Shown here: positions 10,964-25,900 of the stretch, in pieces
How positions within the stretch are numbered: the stretch's first letter is position 1
Layout: every line of letters begins with the position of its first letter
NCBI RefSeq assembly: GCF_037042905.1
Contig: NC_087251.1
Span: 15,068,001 to 15,132,000 of the forward strand
Direction: 5' to 3'
Source: Lytechinus pictus
Lineage: Eukaryota
Length of the DNA stretch: 64,000 nucleotides
Notes under the pieces: model-generated
The model's input: only the letters and a program-made list of their open reading frames with translations
Told to the model about the DNA's origin: nothing
The model's database searches: none
Translations under genes and position numbers: made by a program

Positions 10964-13900
10964 GTAAGAATCGTAGTGTTCGACGATTTTATTTTGTACT
11001 AACAATAACATGAGTCATGACAGCTGAGCATTAGCGGGCGCAAGCGCCGTAACCTACCCGGCTGCCCCGGCGTCCTGCATCAAGGGGTTTTCACACGAGC
11101 TCCCTGAGTCCCTGCCTAGTTTAGTCTTTAGAATTAGAGTTCACCTAACTGCGATATTAGCTATAATAATAGTCTAGATCTACAAACTCGAACACCAACG
11201 TGATTTCACTGTAAATTTTAAGCAGTTGGTAAACTTTGAGCATATTTAGAATAGGCCTAGAGTCAATGAGTTAGACAGTCATGAATTATTTACATGATTT
11301 TAAGACAGTAGGATTAGGGGGTCGGGTGTCCGGACACTTTATATTTTTGAAGCCTTCTTTTTTGTCGTTGGATTACACTAAAAATATGAATTCAATAGTT
11401 GTAATCATCTTCCATTTTGTTCTTTATAATATTTCCTAACATTTTGTACTAAAAATTGACGAAACTTCGCTTGTAAATTTTTCCAAATGACTTTCTAAAA
11501 TTGATCGTCCGAACACACAACCTGTCCGGACACAACAACTGGGTATACAGAAAATTGGAAATACCACTGGCACTGCTTATCCCCGACCATTCGCCATACA
11601 GCGAAAGGTAGGGGCACAAAGTGGACCCCCCAAAAAGGAAAAGTTCTGTCTCGTTCGTTCTCCTTCTGTAAAAAGATTAATTGATATTGGTGATTATATT
11701 GGCGACTAAAACTTATAAATTTTGTTGGTGAGTCTTACTAAATTTAATGAGTTTTCGTGACAGGAAAGTGGTGAATCAGTGTCCACGGATACCCGAACCC
11801 AAAAAATGAAAACCGTTATCCGTCCATGCGGGCGGAAACCGTTCGGATATCCGTTTGGTGGCAGCACTACATGTAACTGTAAGTTAATATTTTTTTTCCC
11901 CCTTTAATAAATAATAATAATAATAATAAATTGGTAGGATGGGGGGTCGGGTGTCCGGACACTTTATATTTTTGAAGCCTTCTTTTTTGTCTTTGGATTA
12001 CCCCAAAATATGAATTCAATAGTTGTAATCATCTTCCATTTTGTTCTCTATAATATTTCCTTACATTTTGCACTAAAAATTGATGAAACTTCGCTTGTAA
12101 ATTTTTCCAAATGACTTTCTAAAATTGATCGTCCGGACACACAACAACTGGGTATACTTATATAGCGCATAATCAATTAAATTGGTCTATGCGCTTTGCA
12201 CAAATTGCTCTCCAATATTACAGTTACACTACAACAAAAATAAATATGTTTTCAAATGTCTTTTAAACGATTCAACAGAAGTACATGATCGAAGGTGAAT
12301 TGGTAAACTATTCCATGATTTGGGACCACAAAAATCAAAACTAGCTCCCCCCCTTTTGAAACAACTCTAGGAATGTGTAAAATTGTAGTGTCTTCACTAG
12401 AACGAAGTCTATAATGTGGCCGGTGTGGGGATCTAAGTAAACTATAGAGGTATTCGGGTGCCATTTTATGCATACACTTATAAACTAACAGTGCAACTTT
12501 GTAAGAAATTCTTTTGTCAACTGGAAACCAGTGCAAATGCTTTAACAAAGGAGTGGCTCGATCATACTTGAATGCGCAGCAACCTTTCACGATCTGTTTT
12601 ATTGATATTATTTGGAGTGCTATTGCAACCACATTCTACCCCATTTTGGAGAGTATACATATATGTTTGACTAGTAATATTACACGGACGAGTCCTGGGT
12701 TAGCAAGTCCCCTGCCAGTACAGGTCCCTGTAGTTATGGGGAGAGAGTTGAAGTCATTTTCGTTCAATATTTAGAATTGGAACCGTCCGATGTTTGGGGA
12801 CTTAACTCTTAACTCTGTTCACTCACACGTATTACGAGGTTAGTATGCTATACTAACCTCGCACTACGAACGTGTATACGCGATGGATTCTAGAGTTGTC
12901 GGTTAACATCGCTTCATAACGCGAATAATGTTAGGTTAGGGACCTGCATGCATAAGATACATGAACATACCTGCTGTTGAACTGCACACACAGTAGATCC
13001 AAGTTGCTGCTAAAAAAAAATATATTCCAGGGGTAAAATCCATGATTTTGACTTCCAGAGATTCTTGACCGTCGCTAATTATGGACTCCAAAAGATTGAT
13101 GACTAAAAAAGAAATCTTGTAAGGTGGAACTGATTTTTGCCGTAAATATCGCTGCTGAGATGACACATGTTCAATCTGTCACAAAAAAATCTGCAATGGC
13201 CGCCACCAGGTTTCCCCAACGCGGGAAATTTGGCACCCTTCCAAATATGGCACTCTCCCAAATATCGAACATCCTTCAATATTTGGCAAAAAAAAAAGCT
13301 TAACTGGTAGTATGTTGGTCTGTTACAAAAATATTCAAGTTTTTATTCAACTTGCTCTCATTTCTTTATTTTTGCATTAGTTAATTTTTATAGTTGGTAT
13401 TGGGTAATACCACACATGAGCTGAAGAGAATGATGGGGTTAAAGGTCATCTAGGGATCAAAAGGTCAAAAGATATGAGGTCATGTCCATCCTTGTTTTGA
13501 AGTTTTTGTTCACCTTGCTCTCATTTCCTCATTTCTACATCAATTTGTATCACACTTGGTTTGAATGTTCCTTGGATAAAACATGTACCACATGTGTGTT
13601 GAGGATGAGATATCAAAGACCCTTTATTAGGGGTCAGAAGGTCAAGTTTTTGTTCAACTTGCTCTCATTTCTTTATTTCTGCATGAATTATGTTCACACT
13701 TGGCATATACATGTATGATCTTTAGGTCATACCACATGTGTGCTCATGAGGATGATGGGGTCAAAGGTCGTCTAGGGGTAAAAAGATCATATTGTATATT
13801 TTATTGATTGCAAAATCAGGTGAGGCTCATGGTTTCATGAACCACCTTGTTTTAATATTGTACATGTACAAGCTTAATGAAGTTGGATTTTGTTTAAAGG

Positions 13901-16900
13901 GGTTAACTCCAAAATTTGAATGATTTAGATGAAATTCACCAATAGTAATTAATAAAAGGTACATGTACATGTAGGTGCAACACTGCATCCATACCATTTT
14001 AAGTTTCAGTCTTTGATTTCTTCAGTTGATAAATTTCATCATTACTTTTCTTCCAGCTCTATGAGGTTGATGAAGATGAAGATGAAGAGCCAAAAAGGCT
14101 CTCGTTGGTAGTTCCTAGAGACCAGGCCTCAGGATTTATCAACAATAAGAAAGAAGAGTATGCTTTTCGATTTGAGAAGGTGTTTGAGCAGAAGACAAAA
14201 CAAGATGAGATCTTTGAATATGTGGCCAGAGATGTTGTGGACAAGTAAGTCTTTATCCTTTTTTTAATTGAAAAAGATATTCAAGGTGAATACAGACCAT
14301 GATTGAAATTTAATGATTAGTCTTACATGAAAAAATGTTTGTTATATTGACTAAAATGTTTACAAATTGAATGTTACAGTGATGCAACAATGGGTAGGTG
14401 TATGCTAATTATTCAATAAGAATTTGGGAATTGTAGAAATTCATGAAATATTTAATTGTGTCTATATGAATGATGTTATTGAAATGCTTTCAGTGACCCA
14501 TTTGGTGCCTTGACATCTTAACATTTTATGAATAGAAAATGAATCTTCATAGTTTCATGATAAATTTTGCACACTTACATATATAAGAAACAACATCAAA
14601 TTCAACTTTTGTCGAATTTTAAAGAAATTAATGTTAAATTGCACATACATGAAGACCCCCTTCATTCAGGCATAATTATTCCTTTTTACTTATTTTGATA
14701 TACAGTGCCCTCATGGGATACAATGGAACAATATTTGCATATGGTCAAGTAAGTATATATACAGTGCATATCAATAAAATGTTTACACTTTGAAAATTTC
14801 CTGGAAATTGAACAAAATTACAACATGGGGATAATTTTTTCACATATATTGTTAGGCATTGGTCTCTCACCTATCAAATGAAAGTATCATTTTTGACAGA
14901 CTATTTTGATTGAGAGAGCATTATCCATTCTGGTAAAGCTCGCAGATATTGGTGTGTGCAAAAATGCTGAGGCCACCACCCCCCCCCCCCAAAAAAAAAA
15001 AAAAAAAAAAAACCTTGCAGTATATTTATAATATTGTAAGTCAATGAGAATAAAACAGAAAAATTGTAACTTTTTGTAACAACTTTGGTACCCAAACAAA
15101 CATTTTAACCCTACATGTAGGTAAACATAACTTTTAGATTGCTTGTGTCAGCTTGACATGAGGACATAAAATGTAACTATTAACAAAAGTTTATTTCAGA
15201 TATCTCCAGATTTTTTGTGTGTGTATTTTCATATTACTGTATAAAGGGGTTTATATTTCATTGTTCATTTCGTTCTTGTTTCTCCAAACATTCCCCAAAC
15301 ATGACAAAGAATAACAATTTAGAAAAAAAAATCTAATTTCTTAGCCATTTCAATCCAATCACTGCTACATGTTAAACATCATGAAGGCCTAGCTGTGTAG
15401 GGAGGGGTGGGGTGTTTGCGGTGTTTGCAGGAGTGTTTTGGGCAAAAAAAAAAGTTAGAAAGGGAAAAAGATATCTCAAATTAATTGATGAGCTAAAGTC
15501 CATGTGCTCTTCATGATTTATGTCTACGCTTATCCGTAACTATTTCCAATTTTTGCGCAAATCACCTTTCCATTAATTTTTTCATGGTAGGTGGTGCTCA
15601 TTCAAGTAGAAAGTTTAAATATTGTCATTTGCTTAAAGAGACCTATACAAATATATAAATGAGATAATTTTATTTAAAAAATAAAAACTGTAAATTTTTT
15701 TTGATGCACACTTTATATTTTCCTCTTTGTCTGCATTCTTTTAAAAATCAAGACATGTTAATAATTTTACGGACATTCTTCCAATTTTGTTATTTTGAGG
15801 GGTAGGGAGTAATGCATTATGGGTATACCACAAAAGATAACCTTTACATTGTAACTTTAATACATCTACATGTAATTTCCTCCATATTGATAGACTGGAA
15901 GTGGGAAAACATTCACTATAACTGGAGGAGCAGAGCGCTATGTTGACAGAGGCATCATACCCCGTACACTCTCCTATCTGTTTGAGCAGTATGCGAAGGT
16001 AATTCCTTGATGTTCTTAAATTTGAACAGAATAGTGGTTACATACATTTGTACTTTGAAAAATTAGATCATCATCTAAATTTCAAAATTCCAAAAATGGA
16101 TTTGAAAAAAAAAATTCAGCAAAAATGCATTTAGAGTTATTTACTGCTTGGATAGACAAAACCCCACAGCTCTTGATCATATTTTTGCAACTTCTTTGCT
16201 TTCCTCTTATTTGGCCATGGTTGCTTTCTCAGGCAAATTTATTACGTACTGTCTGATTATAAAATGTAAATACAAGGATGAAAAGCTGTGCTTAAAAGGC
16301 AGAAATTTAAATTTGGCAAAAAGTAAGATGTAGAGCTGTAGGTTTCTTAGGCTTTTGTAAATTATTTTCAAACTTTTAAACACAATCTACATGGTACATG
16401 TACTCTTCCAAATGTATTCATATTGATCTCTTCTTTTTTTTTCAGTATATTGATAGAATGATAATTGGAAACTACTAAAACTCAAAGCATGTAGTTAACT
16501 GAGCTATTTTACTCCACCATACATGTATGTGTTCTTATCAAATATAGAATCCAGAATATGTATACACAACACATATATCATACTTGGAACTGTACAATGA
16601 GAGTGGTTATGACCTTCTGGACCCCAAACATGAAGCAGCTAAATTGGAAGACTTACCGTAAGTATCAAAAATTATTCTTGTACTGTTAAAAAAAAAAAAA
16701 GATGTTGGCTGATCTCTGATCTGAGGTTGGTTGGTATCAACCAACCTGCCCTTTGGGGCTACATGTGAGCTATTTACAGAATACAAATAAAGTGCTATTG
16801 GTCAGCCCTTGTGTTTCTCATGGTAATAAGGCAATTATATTGGGTAATCACCTCACTTACTCCACTACCCTGGATAAACAACATCATTGTAATCATCATT

Positions 16901-19900
16901 ATTATCTTCACCATCATCATCATCATTGCCACACTTATCCTCATCATCATCATCATTGCCTCCCTGATCATTGTCATTATCATCAACATCACCTTCATTG
17001 TCATCTTTACTATCTGTAATCATCATCATCGTATTTGTCATATTTATATTCATCATCATTGTCATCAACTTCATCTTTTCATTTCCATCTTCATAATCAC
17101 TGTCTTCATAATCATTTTCATCCTCCTGATTATAATAATAATAATATATGTGATTTGTAATGCGCCAAATCCACTCGGCAGAGTGCCCAAGGCGCAGTGA
17201 AAGAAGAAAGAAAGAACAAAAGAGAAAAAGTACAAATATAATAGTAATAGATTCAGGAACAATTAAGAGTAAGAGGCATTGAATAGACGAGTCTTAAGGT
17301 AACGTTTAAATGTGTCAATGGACGTGCATTCACGGATTGTCAGGGGAAGATCATTCCAGAGAACAGGGCCAGCATGAGCAAAAGCCCGAACCCCCCATGT
17401 CTTAACGGATTTAGGAATAACTAGGGAACCAGAGTTGGATGAACGTAGGGACCTGACTGGAGTGTATTTGCTGATTAGATTAATATTGTACTGTGGAGCA
17501 GAGCCATTAATTGCATGGAATACAAAGAGAAGGATTTTGAAGATGATGCGATCGTTGACCTTTAACCAATGAAGAGATTTCAGAATGGGTGTGATGTGAA
17601 CATGTTTTTTAGATAGGGTGACCAAACGTGCTGCAGCGTTCTGGAGCTTTTGGAGTTTAGACAACTGGGTGTTGGGTAAATTGTAAAGTAAGGCATTCCC
17701 GAAATCAAGTCATGAAGAAATCAGAGCATGAACCAATTTTTCAGTAGCAAATTTTGACAAATATTTTCTGATGAACCCAATATTACGGAGCTGATACCTT
17801 ACAGACCTACAAATGTTGGTTATTTGATTTGACATTCCACAATCTAACATGACCCCTAGGTTACGACACGTCTGGGACACATTAATGGTACATCCCAAAA
17901 AAGAGACGGATGACAACTTGACCTTACTAAGTTGAGCCCTTGAACCAAATAGAAGGAACTCAATTTTGGAGGGATTCAATTTCAATGAATGACTATCCAG
18001 CCAGGAGTGAATGTCAGCTAAACAATTCTCAAGAAGGGCGATTGCATTTGTTGCATCAGCCTGGTTTGGTTTGAAGGAGAGATAGAGTTGGAAAATCATT
18101 ATCATTGTCTTTATGATTACCTCAATCATCTTCATCATCATCTTCATCACCATCATCATCATTATCTCCACCATTTTTCCAATGATTGATCTTCATCTTC
18201 CCATTCTCTATGTTCTAGGAAGGTGACATTAATGGAAGATAGTGATGGAAACACTCAGATGAAGAATATCATGACCCACCAGGCATCCAATGAAGAAGAG
18301 GCTCTCAACTGGCTTTTCTTAGGAGATACAAACAGGATGATTGCTGAGGTTAGTCATGTTGTTGAATGCCATCTACAGTTTTGATAAAACATCAAACAGA
18401 ATTATTTGTCTTTAGCTTATCAGTAGCAAAATGAACACTGATGTTTTGTATTTCTATTTCATTTTATACATAATCTCATCAAGATGAATAATAAACAAAT
18501 AGGATATGAATATAGGCTGGCTAGAGATTTCTTTGCCTTTGAACACTGCATATCGCTATTGGATTCCATGCCAGAAAAGCAGGGTTCCCTTTTTCTGAGC
18601 ATATGACAAATATCATGGTTATATTGAGCCCACTTCAGAAACATACTAAAATTCACTGGAAATCATAAGTGGACTCTCACGTGATATGACTGTAATTTTA
18701 ATAATGTTTGTGCAAGATCTGTTAATTTGTATTATGTTTGAATGGAGATGAAGATAAAGTTTTGAATTTCTTTAATGATCTTACATACATATTTCTATAT
18801 TTACAGGGCACTGTTTATCACAAGTTTCCTAATGAAATATTCTTTAGCTCTGTGGCAGATCCAGTTGGCTTTTTCAATAGCCACATTGCTTAGATGGGCA
18901 CCTATTATGCACAAATGATATGGTCTTTGAAGTGATATTGTGTCAAAATTGACTGGATCTGCCACTGCAGCTTGCATGTTTCTTTGAAAATTGTTATTTC
19001 CCATTGTATTGTAAAAGTTTCTCTCCATTTCGAAGTGAACAAATGAAAATGAACTGAACTAAATTAAGAAATATCCATTGCCTCAACAGACTCCAATGAA
19101 CCAAGCCTCGACCAGATCTCATTGCATTTTCACTATTCATCTTTCAATACGTGCAGCGGGATCAGCCACCCTGCGGAGGTCAAAGATACATCTTGTTGAT
19201 TTGGCTGGGTAAGTAAACAGATTTTAGCAGGGTATTGTAGTGCAATGGATGAACCTTCAGATATTTAACTTTAAGGTATGTTGTTCCCAATTCATCTGTG
19301 GCATGAAATATTCATCTACTTGTGTCCAGACTAGGGTGCCAACATTTAGCTTGTATGCTCCTCACTGAGTAGTCTAAATCTTCTAACTGGATTGAGTTGC
19401 ATCGTATGTTCACTTAAAGTGTGATTTTGAATATGATAACATTTGAATCTTGAAAGTAGACTCAATTGTTGGTTGGGACTTACGTGTCATTGACAGTTAA
19501 CTGTAAATAAATGTGTTTGAAAATCTTCACGTCACGTTGTAAACAATGGTTGAAAGCATACCTACTCATATGATATCTTTAAAGATAAATGTACTTACCT
19601 TCATTTGATAAAATTAGCAGACATTTTCCATCCATACAGATCAGAGAGAGTTGCAAAGACGGGAGTAGGAGGAAATCTTCTAAAGGAAGCCAAGTATATT
19701 AATTTATCTCTTCACTATCTAGAACAGGTAAGAACTCAGTTGAAAGTTTCTGAATCTCTCTGAACTTTGTATGAATTTAAATATACATACATGTAATGTA
19801 CACAACTTCCCAATGTATTAAAGTATAGCTAAGCATGATTAATGAATTCATTCAATTTATGTAATTTTTATTGCTTGATGTGAAAAAAGAGAGGTATAAT

Positions 19901-22900
19901 TTTACTGTTATGAAAGTGATTGAACTATATTAGATTTAATTAAAATTTAAGGTAATTAGTCTTCCATTTCTAAACACTGTCTTGTAGTGTATTTAATTTT
20001 GATTTCAGTTTCAATTGAATGGTTAGGGTTGCTCATTGGTAGTTATTGTGCCTCATACTTTGGAGGTTTTAGATTCAATCCCTTGTTGAGGCGTACCAAA
20101 GACTTTAAAAATTAGACCTAGGACCTTCTACTCTCTGGCCAGGCACTTGGCAGAATAGACCGGAGAATGGTATTAAAGAATTACATTTTCATATGCAGGG
20201 CCTGAAGGAAGAATAGCTGAGAAGTGTTTCTACCCTGAATTTTCATTATTCAATTTGTAATGTCCAGGTAATTGTCGCTTTATCTGAGAAGTCCCGTACC
20301 CACATTCCCTATCGGAACTCAATGATGACTGCTGTATTGAGGGATAGTCTTGGAGGGAATTGCATGACGACCATGATAGCTACATGCTCTGTTGAGAAGA
20401 AGAACATTGATGTAAGTTTAATCAATGACGAATGACCACTTGATTTATTATCATTTGCTAGAAGTGTCTTGCACCACTATGGTTATACCCAAGTGCTTTT
20501 TTGGGGAATGGACCAAATAGTTCCGAGTGAATATTTTGTAACATGCCCGTTTTACCATTAAAAATGCCATCCACTCTAAATTGCTACTTATCATGTAAAG
20601 ATAAAATTGTAATTATCATACTTACTGCCATAAGGTGGAAGTCTAGATTATCTCCCACAACTGTGGCCATACCCTAATGGTCTTTTGGCATTCAAATCAA
20701 ATGGCCATGTGTTGAGTTTGACAGAAGTATTTTGTCACATGTCAATTATACTTTTTCAGAATGCTACGTTTGTTATTCATTTAATATAATATTTTGAAGT
20801 TTAATATTGATATTATTTTATCAGATTCTCAAGGTGCTTCAGTAAAAAATAATGCCAACATAAATCAGATTACAGCTTCAAAACAATAGTGGATTTTGGT
20901 CAAAAGCACATTATGTGTTCAGATTGTTCCTGGAGGAGGTTGCTGATGTATGGGTTTTCAAACTCTTGGGAAGTGAATTCCACAGGGACAGCCCCGCAAT
21001 AGTTAAAGCCTGCTCCCCAGATTGAGGATGTTAAAGGACAAGTCCACCCCAACAAAAAGTTGATTTAAATAGCAAGAGAAAAATCCAACAAGCATAACGC
21101 TGAAAATTTCATCAAAATCGGATGTAAAATAAGAAACTTATGACATTTTAAAGTTTGGCTTCATTTCACAAAACAGTTATATGCACATCTTGGATGGTAT
21201 GCAAATGAGGGAACTGATGACATCACTCACTCACTATTTCTTTTGTATTTTATTATATGAAATACGAAATATTCTAATTTTCTCCCCAATGTCCTATGAA
21301 ACAAAGTTTATTTCTCCCTGAACATGTGGAACTACCATTGTTTAACATTTTATGGTTCATTCAAGTTTGTCCATATTGTCAAATCTGTAAAAATTGAAAT
21401 ATTGCAAAATTCAAACAATAAAAAAGAAAAGAAATAGTGAGTGAGCGACATCATTGACTCTCTCATTTGCATGTAACTGACTCATTCATATAACTGTTTT
21501 GTGAAAAATAAGCGAAACTTTAAAATGTCATAACTTTCTTGTTTTACATCCGATTTTGATGAAATTTTCAGCATCATGCTTGTCTGATTTTCTCTATTGA
21601 TTCATATCAACATTTTTCTGAGGTGGACTTGACCTTTAATGTTCATGACGGTTGGTAACTATGTATAAAAATACATGTGTTGATTGTACTTGTTTTGTTT
21701 CTTCACTTCCTTACACTGTCTAGGAGTCGATATCAACATGTCGTTTTGCTCAACGTGTAGCCTTGATAAAGAATGATGCTGTTCTGAATGAAGAACTTGA
21801 TCCTAAATTGGTGAGCAGAAGGTCCACTTTTATTGTTGACAAGATTGATGATGCCTTGGACTTTAATGTTTGTCAACATGATGCCTTCTCCTATAGTTTG
21901 AATTAATGATTCTAATGATATGAAAAGAATGAATTTGCAATTGTTTTAATTTCAAACTGTATGTGGTTTACACACAATATAGCGAGATTTTCAAGGAACT
22001 TATTTGCAATTAGTTGCAAATATCAAGTGCACATTAAATGTTGTCAATTTTGAATGAAATTAATAAATTTTCTGTCACAAGAATAAGACTAGAAATCAAA
22101 TGGAAATTTGCAATTCAATATGAAATTTAGTATCGGTTATGAGATCGAACATTGACTTGCAGTGGGTTGCATGATTCTTGAAATGTTCCCTTGTCTCTAG
22201 CTTACCCAAATCAATGTTATTTAAAACAACTGTTGCAATTGATATAAATTGCAAGCTTGTAATATTGTTAAAGCTCATCAGTGACATTGTATGAGCCATG
22301 TCTGGTGATTTGCACAGTGAATCTGAAGTTATGTCTGCATGAGTTTGTCAACTCTCCTGACCATTATAACCAATTCTCTTTTGATAAAAAATATAATATT
22401 TATCAAATAAAATGTATCACTAATCGGATTATCATTTTTTAGATATTATATGTATTTTTTAGTGCACTTTGTGAAGAATTTTGTGGTTTGGCTGATTTAA
22501 AACTTCTCTAGTTGTTATCATACTATTGTCAAGTTTCGGTGATGACAGTCGTCAGATGAAATCTTGACAATAACTATGAACAAATCTATCCTTTGATGAT
22601 TTTCTTTGGACTGCCTGTCATTTAATTTTCATTTGATGATTGTTTGTTTCAGATGATTGCAAAATTAAAGATGGAGATCTCTGATCTCAAGAACCAGCTA
22701 GCTATGACCTCAGGAGAACAGTCAATGGAAGAACTGACACAGGAAGATATTGAAAGGTACAACATGTATATCCTTTTTGCAATCTAATAAAAGGTTTAAG
22801 TTCACACTGAACTTATTTCATTAATTTATTAAGTAATATTTCTCACTATCAGCGTGATTCTTGTTGCTGTAAATATTGGGTGAATTTATATTTTTTTCTC

Positions 22901-25900
22901 AAGCAGAATATTTTTTAACCTATATATTTACAGATTACAGGAGAAGGTTGCTGCATACATAGAGAACACTGACCCTGAATCTCAATTGAATGTTGGAGCT
23001 GATATGAGGAAAATCAATGAATGTTTCAGAATATTGAAGGTATGTTCTATATTTTTTTAAGAGAAAGAATATCTCTTTCAATTCTTTCTTGGCAACAGAA
23101 TATTGCAATTATATTTTGAGAGGTGAAAGTGTGTGAAAGGTTGACAGGAAAATGAACAATTTTAAAGCTAATTTTTATAACACAGGAAAAGAAATAAGGC
23201 TTGTAATGACTGATGGTTGTGTTAAAAAGATTAGAATAGTGGCGTAATTTTCCCAAAATTTGAGGGGACTGGTTCATGAAAATTTTCAGGCAAGCAAATC
23301 AAGAAAAAAGAAAGAAAAAAATGTGAAAGATTAAATGAGAGTCCTTAAAGGGCTTCATGCTGTAGGTTATCTTCATCTAAAGAAATTAGAGAGGGTTCCA
23401 GATTACCAAAAAAATTAAAGGAGGTTTCTATAAACATCTTAGAGATACCATATGCAACCTTATGGTTATTCTTTCAATATATTTGAAAGGATCTAATTTT
23501 CATACCAAACATATTTCCTCTCCAGAAATATAGATACATGTATATTTTTTTTCTATTTCTGCAGCGATATTCACAAGGCAAGACCATCTCCTCTTCGTCA
23601 GAATCCTCACCTCAGAAACATCAAGAGGAGAGATCGTCTAGACCTGATGACACCCCACCCCCAAGTTATACCCCTGATACCAGCTACATGGCAGGGGCGG
23701 AGGTCAAGAAACTCCAGGGCATGGTGCAACAGAGAGATAATGAAATCAGTATCCTTTGAGAAAAAACAATTCTGCAGGCCATCGCACAACCTTGAATTAG
23801 CCCCGCAAATTGCTCTCTCACAGTTTGAGTTAGATTTCTCAATGTGATAAACATTTCATTTCATTTATTTGTCCGTTAAAACGGATAATTGTATAACTTG
23901 ACAATTCTTGCAACAAAAATAAAATTCACAGAATAACATAACAACAATGAACATACCGGTAACATATTAAACATGAACATGAACGTAATCATCGTAATTG
24001 TACAGAGTTATAAAATACATGTAATGTATACATGAATTAAAATCGATGACTTTGCTGGCATAGTTATTGAGCATTTATTTATTTGTTCAGTTATTTATTC
24101 ATTCATTTTTTTGTTGATTATATTTTTAATGTTTTTATGGTATAAACGTTGTGAATATATTATGTATTAAACATTATTTATTTTCTTCATTCTGAAAGTG
24201 ATATCAATTAAAGCTGTAGCTAGATCTTGGTTTTACATATTTCAATACTTCCTCCTTTCAAGTTAAGACATGCAGTCGCGGGGGGGGGGGGTACAGTGAG
24301 AGTTAAAGGGACATATCTTCCCAACTTTCTCATCTCTAAAACTCTACAATTACTATTGACATGTAAGTTGCAGAGTTGTCTGCTACATTTTCTCTTTGTT
24401 TCTACAGATAAACCACACTCCGTATTCTACTGTATTTCATTGACAACCCTTATGGAGAAAGGGACGAACGAATTAATGCGGCGACTGGTTCTTGCTTTTA
24501 CAGATTTCAGTCTTCGTCCGCTTCTTAATTGAATATACTGGCTATTCAGGGGGTGGGTTTGATCAGACATAATGGAGAGAGCTATCGAAAGTACTCTTTC
24601 TTTACAGATTTCATCTAAGTCAACAGTGTTATTCATTATTTTGCTGGCTTGCTTAACAAGTCTTCTAAGCTTTATTTTTTTTGCAATGATCCCCATGCAA
24701 TGATCAGTCTTTTTGGTTGCAACCCTCTCATTGGATTTCTTTTAGAAGATTGCTATGGATTTTTTTTTTATTTGTTGATATATCTTCTCAGTCTTATCAA
24801 TTAATTTCACTGTTTTATTACCATTACAAACCAGTTCTATTATTTTATAGCAATTTACAATAGGTGCTACATGTACGTGTATACCAACATTGGTTGATAT
24901 TATCACTAGATTATTTCCTTATTAGAAGGGTCAGTTGTCAGACATGCGCAGGTTCTTTTCAAATTCTTGTGTGTGCATGAGCTACATATGTAATAAACAC
25001 ATGGGTTAGGTGATCCTTGAACTTGCTCAAGTTTGATCATCTTGTACTTAAGCCTTTATTTTCACTACTTCTCATATGGGAGAAATGAGATTCATTGTAA
25101 ATCTGTCCTATATTCTTATGTTGCAATAATGTGTGTTATGTGCAAAAATTCTTGTTCATTAATAGAGTCATTTTTTTATAAAATTGCTATATTTGCAGTA
25201 AGCTTTCAAAAGTAATGGGCCTACTAATTTTGAACGATGAAAAGGGGTTCCCCCCAAAATTGTGATTAATGCTTACTAATGTAGGATTCTGGCAATACAA
25301 GAAGTTGCAAGATTCTAATCTAGGTAAATTAAATGTCCTTGACCAAGTGTTCCACCAGACATCTTGGTTAACATGCTGAAGAAAGAGAAGAAGAGAGCTC
25401 AAGATGCTATGAAGCAGGCATCAGATGGAGGAGGCGGGACCACCAGGCACCATCCAACCAATAGCAGGGCTGCATCAGAAGAAGACACGCCCCATAGCAG
25501 ACATCAAACCACTGGTAGTAGCCAATCACAGAGTAGCTATGGGAGTAGGGCAGGTCACTCAGAGGAAGAGGAAGGGGAGAGTAGCCTTCTCCACAGACCT
25601 AAGAGCTCAAGGAGAATTTTAGGTAAGCAAAAATACATTTGTTTCATATATCATGTTGGTTGTTTATAACGCTGTTTGTAGCTTATGCACCACTTTGTGG
25701 ATGCCTGGGATATGAAGTTTTACCATAGCTTAGAATTTACCTTCATGATTCAACAACGTACTCCTGTATCTGTGAAAACATCATTCGCAATTTTAAACAG
25801 CTTCCATAAAACTTTGCAATCAAAGTCAGCTAAAATCAAATGCGACTCCCAGGATGTGTACCTCTGATCGGTTATAAGTAAAGTTATGTGTGCTTTTTAA

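Noticed and set aside
12825..12875. 12-bp perfect hairpin CGAGGTTAGTAT-gct-ATACTAACCTCG
   Set aside because: Short and most likely a MITE remnant; no evidence for an RNA gene.
16753..17262. His-, Met-, Ile- and Asp-rich ORFs
   Set aside because: Translations of the (CAT)n microsatellite in KIF6 intron 5.
20261..20273. cag|GTAATT at the start of exon 9 as a recursive splice site
   Set aside because: GTA ATT encodes conserved Val-Ile and the preceding intron is short, so it is probably coincidental.
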